64,000 bases of DNA from an uncultured Acidobacteriota bacterium (GTDB lineage Bacteria > Acidobacteriota > UBA6911), in contig CAWEJX010000012.1 of assembly GCA_963809485.1 (NCBI GenBank), forward strand, positions 78,185 to 142,184. The letters are read 5' to 3'. The stretch's first letter is position 1; every line of letters begins with the position of its first letter. Shown in pieces: positions 56,602 to 64,000 of the stretch. Made by a program: the position numbers and the translations under genes. The notes under the pieces were generated by a model. The model ran no database searches. It was not told the DNA's origin and saw only the letters and a program-made list of their open reading frames with translations.

Positions 56602-58320
56602 ATGCGTTTCGGAAAATTTCTGATATTGTGCTTCCTCGAATTGAGTCTATTTCCACTGCATGCTCAGGAACCCAAAGTTACTGTAATGAACCCGCTGGGA
56701 ACTCCCCCTCCGATCCGGCTGGTTCCCATGGCGCCGCGACTCGATACGCTCGACGGCAAGACCGTGTATTTTGTCGATTCGCGCTATGTGGGAGGAGATA
56801 TCTTCCTGAAGGAGATGATGTCCTGGTTTTCCGTGAACATGCCCAAAGTTAAGCTTGAATTCAGGCAGAAGGCCGGCGCCTACGCGGAAAGCGATCCCCA
56901 GTTGTGGGACGAGATCCGGCAAAAAGGGGATGCTGTAATTATGGCGATCGGGCATTGAAGTACCTGCACGCCGGCGGTCGTCGGCCATTGTCTCGAGCTC
57001 GAGAAACTCGGCAAGCCCACTGCGCCTGTTGTTACGAACAGCTTTGTGGCGTTGGCAAGAGGCAATGCCCATAAGCGCGGCATGCCGGGAGAACGTTTCA
57101 CCTTTGTTCCGCACCCTGTCTTCGGGAAGACGCCGCAGGAAATGCGGCGCGATATTGAAGGGAAGGATCCGGTCACGGGAAGACCGGTCATGCAGGAAAT
57201 CGTGGAAGCCCTGACCAAGCCGCTGACTGCGGAAGAAAGGAAGGATGGATTCCTGCAGAGGCCGCCAAATCCCCGGTTCCTTCCCCCCGATACTGCGGAC
57301 AACCTGCAGCGATATTTTCACGAACATGGAATGACGGACTATCTCCCGGTCATTCTTCCTACCGGGGAAAAGGTAGCCGCCATGCTCAAGGGAACCAGTC
57401 ATGACCGCAACGAGGTGGTTGGAAAAATGGCGGGAGGCGCGTTCGACCCCTGGGAATACACGGTGGAACAGGTGGCCGTGAATGCCGTCATGGCCGGTGC
57501 GCGGCCGGAATACTTGCCGGTTATCCTCGCACTGGCATCTAGCGGGCAGGCATCGCTGTACAGTTCCACAAACTCATTCGCATATTCCGTGGTGGTCAAC
57601 GGGACGATTCGCGACGAGATAAAAATGCACTACAGGGTCGGAGCGATGGGGCCGTTCAGCCAGGCGAACGCAACGATTGGAAGAGCATGGACTTTGATGT
57701 CGAGAAACCTGGCAAACGGAGGCATCGTCGGAGAGACATACCTTGGGTCCACCGGGAACAATCTGAATTACAACAATCTCGTTGTCGCCGAGAATGAAGC
57801 GGACAGTCCGTGGAATTCACTGAGTGTGCAATTAGGATACAAACCGGGGGAGAGCGTCATCAGCATCTTTACCGGTTTGGGAATGCAGCCGGGACAATTT
57901 GCGAAGGGGGGCGGCATTTCGGTAAAGCCTCGGTATGACGAACAGTTTCTGAGCGTAATAAGCAATTTCACTACGCTGTTTGGAGCTTTGGTAGTCTGTG
58001 ATCCCCTCATTGCCAAGGCTCTCAAGGAACAGGGCTACGATACAAAAGAAAAGCTGATTGACTGGCTTTATAAAAATGCCGTCCATACGGTGCGGGAATA
58101 TAAGGACGCCAGTTTTGTGCTGACATTTGATCTTCCTCGAGCTCAGAAGGGCGTTGAGCCCTTCGCCTCGTGGTTCAAGCTGCCGGATGACGCAAAAATT
58201 CCAATCTTTATAAAGCCGTCGGATCTCTCGATTGTGGTGGCAGGCGGCCAGACGCAGGCCAGGTTCCAAGCGGGGAATCTACGCTATACGGCGAGTTTTT
58301 CTGTTGACAAATGGAGATAA
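56602..58320 (+). CDS. Two-domain selenoprotein with a signal peptide; Sec codon at 56956..56958 (motif USTC)
   Basis: The signal peptide is MRFGKFLILCFLELSLFPLHAQ. APRLDTLDGKTVYFV is followed later by KGDAVIMAIGH-TGA-STCTPAVVGHCLELEKLGKPTAPVVTNSF. That reading is in frame (56602 and 57046 are both 1 mod 3) with HGMTDYLPVILPT, VNAVMAGARPEYLPVILA, ANATIGRAWTLMSRNL and AENEADSPW. Confidence 0.8.
56970..56985 (+). promoter_or_regulatory. SECIS-like stem-loop 11 nt downstream of the UGA at 56956
   Basis: The mRNA reads UGA-AGUACCUGCAC-[GCCGGC GGUC GUCGGC], a 6-bp stem with one G-U pair. As I recall, GGUC is also the apical-loop sequence of the E. coli fdhF SECIS. Confidence 0.6.
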
Positions 58321-58351
58321 GTGTCCTGAGGAGCTTTGTTCAGACGCATTC

Positions 58352-58520
58352 TCACGGCCAGGTCCATGGTTTGATTGGGGCCGCATTTCTGCCGGCTATG
58401 CGCCCGAATGCGCTCGCGTCCCAAACGTTGCCATCGGTGACGCTATAGGTTCTGCCGCAGATTGAACCTATAGCGCCGGCTAAGAACTGTCGTAGGACAG
58501 GGGTCAGATCAGGATTCAAT
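58352..58520 (-). pseudogene. Relic of the C-terminus of a flavoprotein paralogous to 52769..54364
   Basis: VLNPDLTPVLRQFLAGAIGSICGRTYSVTDGNVWDASAFGRIAGRNAAPIKPW compares with VLDTNRKPIPRLYSAGELGSIFSFGYQGTGNFGECVAFGRIAGERVVAEKPW. No upstream part of the gene is present. Confidence 0.5.
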
Positions 58521-58887
58521 ACCTCGGATCTGGGGCAGAACGAGGCGGACCGCCGTGGGTGCAGACGCCACCCGGTCCCGGTGCTTTGGCAAAGGTGTAA
58601 TAGGGCGGAGCGTTCCCCAGAAGCAGACTCGACGCCGGCCGTTTGTGTTCCCAAGGCATTGCTCCAGGCACAGCCCTATGGTTTGGCCGGGCAACGGCAG
58701 CCGGAGAAAAAATTCTATGAAGCGGCCGTGAAGGTTTCTACAGCAAAGCTGCGGCAGCAACTGTTCACCGTTGGGAATTTTTCTTCCTTACATGCCCTCA
58801 GGAGAATTTGGGCAGTTTTCCGACTAGCCCTATGCTATCCTGCTCCCATCACACAAAAAGCAAATTACTATCTCCAGGAGGTCAGGT

Positions 58888-60903
58888 ATGAAAAGCAAAA
58901 GCAATTTGCTGGCGATGATTTCACTGATCTTTGTGTTTCTTCTGGGTCTGGCGAGCTTCGCTACTGGCGTCGCGCCTGCAAATCATGGAAATAAGGTAAA
59001 GCCGGGACAGTTTGTCATCGGAGATCCAACTCTTATTTGCCTTGGATTTGAATGGAACATTGAGGGCGATGATAACCGTAATGCGGCGGTTGCGGTCCAA
59101 TACCGCAAAAAAGCGACGACCGCCTGGAAAGAAGGGTTGCCCCTTCTGCGCCTCCAAAATGAGGAAGCGGGCGGGAGCTTTATTCGCGATTTTGTAGGTC
59201 CCAACATGTTTGCGGGAAGCATACTGGATTTGGAACCTGATACGGAGTATGAGTGCAAATTTCAGATGTCCGATCCGGACGGCGTGGATGGAACCAAGCA
59301 AAAAATGGTCACGGTGCGAACACGTCCGGAACCGAAACCTTTCGCGGGCGGACGGATCCTGCACGCGTACCCCATGAATTACAAAGGCGCCAAAGATAAG
59401 CAGGTCTTTTCGGGCCTGGTATCGGCTTACGGGGCGGCTGAACCCGGCGATACTATCCTGATACATGCCGGCGTCTATCAGAGTGATCGCGCCAGCTATA
59501 ATTCCCGAATGAGAAGCGGAGTCGGATCAGACGGATTTGGAACGACCAGGCTTACCAAGAGCGGCACGGCTGAGAAGCCTATTGTGATAAAGGGCGCAGG
59601 GGATGGCGAGGTCATTTTCGACGGTGGCGGCTGTTCTATTCTCTTCGATGTGATGGGAGCAGATTATTTGTACTTCGAGGGTCTCACCTTCCGCAATGCC
59701 GATGTGGCTATTTACACGGGTGTAAAGAACGTGATTGGCAGCAGCGGATTGACAGTCCGAAAATGCCGCTTTGAGAACGTATGCATGGCCATCTGGGGAA
59801 CATACCAGGCATCAAAAAATTATTACATCGCTGACAACGTGCTCATCGGCCGATTCAATCCGAAGGCACTGATGGGGGAGTTTGGGGGTGACTTTATTCC
59901 GTATAAAACACTGCCCGGCTGGCCCATGAAAATAAACGGCCCCAATGGCTCCTACTACGCGGTCACGGTGGCGGGGCAGGGGCACGTCCTGTGCTACAAC
60001 CGTGTTGAGAACTTCTGGGATGGGACGTGCGTCGATCAGGGAGGAAGCCTTTCGTTCCCGGGAAAGCCGGGGGGGCCGCATGCCAATATCGACTTCTACA
60101 ATAACTACTATTGCAATATTTACGACAATCCTGTCGAAGTCGACACCGGCACTCACAACATCCGCTTTATGCGCAACCTTTGCCTCAATAGCGGACATGC
60201 CGCCTTGAGCGCACAGCCTATTTATGGCGGACCGGCGTACTTTATACGGAATATCGTTTACCATGCCCCGGACCGGGGAGCTATAAAGATGTATGACCGG
60301 CCGGCAGGCGTGATTATGTATCACAACACATACTGTGCCGAAGTTTACGCTGGGCAACCCTCCGCCAATTTAAACGGCCGCGAAGGCGCTTCGAACTTGC
60401 ATTTCCGTAACAACCTCATGCTGGGAGAAAGCCCCATTTCAATGAGGAATTACCGTACCAACAGGGAATTTGGCGGTATTTACTTTATGGATACTTACAC
60501 TTCCTATACAACCTCTGACTATAACGGGTTCCGTCCCAATGAAGGGTATGAGGCCCAATTCATGTGGCTTTCCCCTGCCGGTGGCGCAGTGCGCGACTAT
60601 AAAAATCCCAGGGAGGTGCATTCCTTTAAAACTCTCCAGGAGCTCTGCAAGACACTAGGGCAGGAGTGCCATGGGATAATGGTAGACTACGATATATTTG
60701 AGAACGTGAAAAAGGCGGATTTAAAGGAATTTTCAAGGGTATATACACGCGATGAACTGGATTTCCGGCTTAAGCCGAATGCCGTCGCTGTTGATGCGGG
60801 GTGCGTCCTTCCCGGCGTTAACGATGGCTTTGCCGGGAAGGCTCCTGATCTTGGGGCATTGGAGGTTGGGCTGCCCCTGCCAATATGGGGACCACGGCCG
60901 TAA
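58888..60903 (+). CDS. Exported right-handed parallel beta-helix repeat protein (pectate-lyase-fold like)
   Basis: The signal peptide is MKSKSNLLAMISLIFVFLLGLASFATG. Repeated beta-helix-type segments follow (ILIHAGVY, IVIKGAGDGEVIFDGGG, LYFEGLTFRNAD, LTVRKCRFENV, IRFMRNLCLN, FIRNIVYH, HFRNNLML). The family call is made by eye only. Confidence 0.5.
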   Translation: MKSKSNLLAMISLIFVFLLGLASFATGVAPANHGNKVKPGQFVIGDPTLICLGFEWNIEGDDNRNAAVAVQYRKKATTAWKEGLPLLRLQNEEAGGSFIRDFVGPNMFAGSILDLEPDTEYECKFQMSDPDGVDGTKQKMVTVRTRPEPKPFAGGRILHAYPMNYKGAKDKQVFSGLVSAYGAAEPGDTILIHAGVYQSDRASYNSRMRSGVGSDGFGTTRLTKSGTAEKPIVIKGAGDGEVIFDGGGCSILFDVMGADYLYFEGLTFRNADVAIYTGVKNVIGSSGLTVRKCRFENVCMAIWGTYQASKNYYIADNVLIGRFNPKALMGEFGGDFIPYKTLPGWPMKINGPNGSYYAVTVAGQGHVLCYNRVENFWDGTCVDQGGSLSFPGKPGGPHANIDFYNNYYCNIYDNPVEVDTGTHNIRFMRNLCLNSGHAALSAQPIYGGPAYFIRNIVYHAPDRGAIKMYDRPAGVIMYHNTYCAEVYAGQPSANLNGREGASNLHFRNNLMLGESPISMRNYRTNREFGGIYFMDTYTSYTTSDYNGFRPNEGYEAQFMWLSPAGGAVRDYKNPREVHSFKTLQELCKTLGQECHGIMVDYDIFENVKKADLKEFSRVYTRDELDFRLKPNAVAVDAGCVLPGVNDGFAGKAPDLGALEVGLPLPIWGPRP

Positions 60904-61035
60904 TCAGCCCGAAAGGAATTGCGAGCTCTTGGATCGAACGAGCGGTTCATCGATGATCCGGCGAATTGCGGAGGCACTGAGTGGGACCGATATCCTCGAA
61001 GGGAGTGTGCGCAAGGTAGGAAACAGGAATCGAGT

Positions 61036-61266
61036 CAGGTGCCTCCGGCAAAGCCGGAGGCTTGAAAGATTTGAACCGCTCAAAGCGGTTGGAGGAGTTA
61101 CTCCGGTCTTGAACGCTGACTTACGCGGGCAAAAGCCGATGAGGCGCTTCCGACCCTCGCCGAACAAATCGGCGTTTGTCAGCGCTTTTGTCAGCGTATC
61201 TCAGCGTTTCAAAATGCGGAACTGTCAAACTCTATGAGTCCCCCGGCAGAGCCGTGGGTTTACCAA
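61036..61266 (+). repeat. Intergenic repeat family, copy C (full ~230-bp unit)
   Basis: It is collinear with copy A minus the foldback insertion. Three (G/C)TCAGCG iterons lie at 61178, 61190 and 61200, spaced about 10-12 nt apart. Confidence 0.8.
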
Positions 61267-61267
61267 C

Positions 61268-61492
61268 AGAATTGCTGCTGCGGATGGAAGCCATCTTTGG
61301 GCTGAGCGCTATGATCGAGAGATGAGAGACGTATGCACGATCGAGGAGATCCAGGAGCCTTTCCATAAGCAGCATCGGACTGATGGCCTTCCGGTCATCC
61401 CACCCAAAAAGGAAGCCGTGGCGGAGATGTTGAAGGGAACGGGCTTCACGGCTAAGACAGACGTCAGAAACACAGCCCGGCTCAAAAAGTGA
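61268..61492 (+). pseudogene. Relic of a C-domain gene of the two-domain family (~75 codons)
   Basis: My own translation gives ...DVCTIEEIQEPFHKQHRTDGLPVIPPKKEAVAEMLKGTGFTAKTDVRNTARLKK-stop. This matches the W-x-DGLP-(V/I)-x-PPT-x-E-x-V-x-x-ML-x-GT signature, and nothing follows it. Confidence 0.5.
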
Positions 61493-61536
61493 CCGATTTG
61501 CTGAGGAACCGGTCTTGGCGTCTGAGCGGTACGCCG

Positions 61537-62803
61537 TCAATATCTCCCGTATTCTTTTGTGAATTCAATCATGGCCTTCAAGTTCTCCGGCTTTACCTCA
61601 TCCGTGGAACTCCTTGGCCCCAGAATGTATCCGCCGCCCTTGCCCACCGTGTCAATGAGGTTCTTGCAGTAGTCTTTGACTTCCTGAACCGACCCCATCT
61701 GCAGAAGTGAAGACGGCACATTCCCTTCTATGCACACATGATCTTTAAGAATCTCTTTCGCCTTGACTATGTCGGTGCGGTCGAACCGGGCCAGTATCTT
61801 GCCCTTGGGAAACTCGAGCAGATACTCCAAACGCGACGTGAATGTCCCCTCAAAAAAAATGCAGGGCGTTGCTCCACGATCGACGAGAGTCATGACAAGC
61901 TTCTTGAATGTCGGCCAGTAAAAAGTCTGGAACTGCTTCATCGACATGAAGTCGTCGGACCCCCTCGTATTGGTCATGAAAATCCTGATGTTGCCGAATT
62001 CATTAGGCTTCGGTAGCGGTCTTGCCAGCGTTTTCTCCAGCAGGAATTCACACATCGCGATGAGTTTGTGCGGCTTTCGATACATGTCCAGCATCGTGCC
62101 CTTCATGCCGCGAATACTGTTGGAGATCACATCAAATGGCGGCATTGCCGCCCCCTGAAACAACTGGGGGATGCCGTAGTCAAGCAACATCTGGTTGAAC
62201 TCGTCGATTTTGTGCTGCCACCTCCTGAATTCCCGCCCTGCCTTCTGGAGGTTTTCGATCATGGATTCGAACTTGGGTTCGGTAAAGATCATCGCCAGCG
62301 TTTGCGCGGCCATAGGCTCGATCCAACTCATGCTGTTCGAGCTCCGGAAGCATCGACAGCCCTTCCAGGCTTTCATACGTCCTCGGCAGATGATGCCGTA
62401 TCATGAAATCGGCCGGCTTGTCTAAAAAGCAGTCGTGTTCGTCATCCCGCAAGCTTTCAATTTCAATGGCCTGGTGCCCATGGTTGGGAGCAACGCCGTA
62501 GCCGGGCCATTTCCGAAACCTTGGATTCAGGTATTCCATTGCGGTTCCGGGAGAGAAAGGCTGGGTGAATGACATGTCCGGCTGATAGTCGCCAAGTGTT
62601 TTTCGGTATGCCGCCAGCCAGGCGTCAGGATCATAATACGCAGCCGAGCATGGTATGCCGGCATAGCGGGCGACGAAGTAGCCAAGCGAACAGATTACCG
62701 GGACCCTGTCCGTAGGTCTGAGACGGATGGCGTTCGTGACCCGCAGTTCTCTTTCACGGCGCAATTCCTCGGAAGTTTTTCCATGTTCAAGTGTTGTTGT
62801 CAT
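61537..62803 (-). CDS. URO-D family protein, paralogue of 38079..39419; +1 frame break at about 62338
   Basis: ORFs 62180..62803 and 61537..62376 join as ...GLSMLPEL|NSMSWIEPMAAQ.... The downstream part (IRGMKGTMLDMYRKPHKL, FFEGTFTSRLEYLLEFPKGKILARF) is collinear with the intact paralogue. Confidence 0.65.
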
Positions 62804-62955
62804 TCCCGTCTGTCCCTTGCTGCAGCTCTACGGTGAACCGTTCTCAAACTCTCATTGGATGAACAGCTTGCCGATCCCTATAGCGGAACCTGATCCAGGG
62901 ACAGGCCGGTGGTGGACATGCGCCAAATGAATGGCAAATTGTATTTTCCAAAAAA

Positions 62956-63921
62956 CTAAGCGCAGGCCAGTATCGCTTTCTTTACCATCCCCGCGGCGAC
63001 CTGAATCTTCCACTTGTTCAGCGCCAGAGCCCTCGCTTCCGTGACCGCAGCCGTGCCGGCCGCCTGCGCGCTCGCCACATCGATCGTCTTGCCCGCTATG
63101 GATTCCTCCGCTTTGGTCGCCCGGTAGGGTTTGTTATATACCGCATTGAGACATATCCGGGCCGTTCCGCCCCCAATGGCCGCCGCACAATTCACGATGG
63201 GAAAGTCTATCGACGACCTCAGGGCAAACTTTACAAAGGCGCTTTTGACGCCGGAAGCCGGCGCGGGAACCTGAATCTCCTTTACGATTTCATCGTTCTC
63301 CAGCACCGTGGAACGAGGGATCTTTACCGCCCAGAACTCCTCGGCGTTGAGGGTTCTCTTCGACGTCACGATCCTGGCATTTAAAGCGACCAGCGCCGGC
63401 GCCGTGTCGCTTGGATTCACAGCCATGCAGGCTGAAACACCCCCGAATATCGAGTGATATCGATTCTCCCCGGCCATGGCAAAGCACGCTTTGCCGCCTT
63501 TCCTGATACAGAAAAACCTGTTGTCGTGAAGCCGGAAATACCAGCAGCGATTGAGCTGGCAGACGTTGCCGCCGATCGTCCCCATTTCCCGGATGTGCGG
63601 CGAAGCGGTCTTATGGGCCGCCTCCGACAGCGCCGCCCATTTGCTTTTGACCACACTGCTCTTCGCAATGTCCTCGAGCCGGGCCAATGCGCCAATCCGC
63701 AGCATGCCCTTTTCTTCTTTGATGTAATCCAGGCTTGGCGTAATGGTCTTGAGGTTTACCAGAATCTGAGGATACATGGCATCCGGGAGTACCTCAAACC
63801 TCATGGTTCCCACAAGATCGGTGCCCCCGGCAAGTGCCCAGGCATTGGCTGCACGCAGGGCCGACACCGCCTCTTCTACCGTCTTGGCATTGACACGGGT
63901 GAATTTCTTTACGGTCTTCAT
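62956..63921 (-). CDS. CoxM/PaoB/HcrB-type FAD-binding subunit, second copy
   Basis: The ORF is 321 aa and differs from 47042..48007 at only 3 residues (T/A, I/V, V/A). Confidence 0.8.
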   Translation of the reverse strand: MKTVKKFTRVNAKTVEEAVSALRAANAWALAGGTDLVGTMRFEVLPDAMYPQILVNLKTITPSLDYIKEEKGMLRIGALARLEDIAKSSVVKSKWAALSEAAHKTASPHIREMGTIGGNVCQLNRCWYFRLHDNRFFCIRKGGKACFAMAGENRYHSIFGGVSACMAVNPSDTAPALVALNARIVTSKRTLNAEEFWAVKIPRSTVLENDEIVKEIQVPAPASGVKSAFVKFALRSSIDFPIVNCAAAIGGGTARICLNAVYNKPYRATKAEESIAGKTIDVASAQAAGTAAVTEARALALNKWKIQVAAGMVKKAILACA

Positions 63922-63935
63922 TTTTGTCTAAGCTC

Positions 63936-64000
63936 CTATGCTTTGCCCAATGCTTTAAGGATTTTGTCCGGGGTGACCGGTTCCGAGTCCACATATTTGC
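63936..64000 (-). CDS. Partial CDS: 3' end of a second XDH/CoxL-family large-subunit gene, cut by the window edge
   Basis: It is collinear with 48022-48086 (...DRILKALGKA-stop) but shows about 9% nucleotide mismatch over these 65 nt. Confidence 0.6.
   Translation of the reverse strand, partial: KYVDSEPVTPDKILKALGKA

Noticed and set aside
403-62803. Programmed ribosomal frameshifting as the explanation for the split genes.
   Set aside because: I saw no slippery heptamers, no conserved stimulatory structures, and no shared sequence context among the 14 sites. The uniform +1 direction fits insertion errors better.

Overview
This 64-kb region looks like an accessory catabolic region of a bacterial genome, with a gene content typical of anaerobes. 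I saw no rRNA, tRNA, CRISPR array or recognisable transposase or integrase. Coding density is high.

**Gene content**
- Four family-III CoA-transferases, a MaoC-type double hot-dog hydratase and an acyl-CoA dehydrogenase.
- Three DapA/NAL-type class-I aldolase paralogues.
- Amidohydrolases.
- A glycyl-radical enzyme with its activase.
- Three sets of xanthine-dehydrogenase/CoxLMS-family molybdoenzyme genes. One is a Tat-exported PaoABC-like set. One has an FAD subunit carrying a nested GltD-like NAD(P)H module.
- Two uroporphyrinogen-decarboxylase-family genes.
- A Tat-exported flavoprotein, a PQQ-like beta-propeller and a beta-helix protein.

**Main signal**
- An uncharacterised two-domain protein family occurs at 11 loci, plus one relic.
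- Its N-terminal module ends in an (A/G)VI-x3-G-x motif followed by U-x-x-C.
- In five paralogues the U is an in-frame TGA, giving UGSC three times, UGGC once and USTC once. The supplied ORF track splits these genes at that codon.
- Each TGA is followed 10-11 nt later by a stem-loop, in four cases with a GU-containing apical loop, as expected for a bacterial SECIS.
- Three full-length paralogues have lost the redox pair (SGGS, LDTN, AGQA).
- In one operon the two domains are separate genes directly downstream of a thioredoxin-reductase-like gene with a CALC motif.
- I read this as a candidate, undescribed selenocysteine-dependent redox system with cytoplasmic and signal-peptide-bearing branches.

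**Other signals**
- A 14-bp perfect palindrome, GTACGTATACGTAC, with a conserved 3' flank sits at three to four promoter regions.
- A roughly 230-bp intergenic repeat family is present, and one copy carries a nested foldback insertion.
- A cluster of GC-rich mini-hairpins lies upstream of the GRE.
- Two FAD-subunit genes are about 99% identical and lie inside more diverged flanks.
- Several truncated gene relics are present.
- Fourteen reading-frame breaks are all in the +1 direction, which points to single-base insertion errors rather than natural decay.
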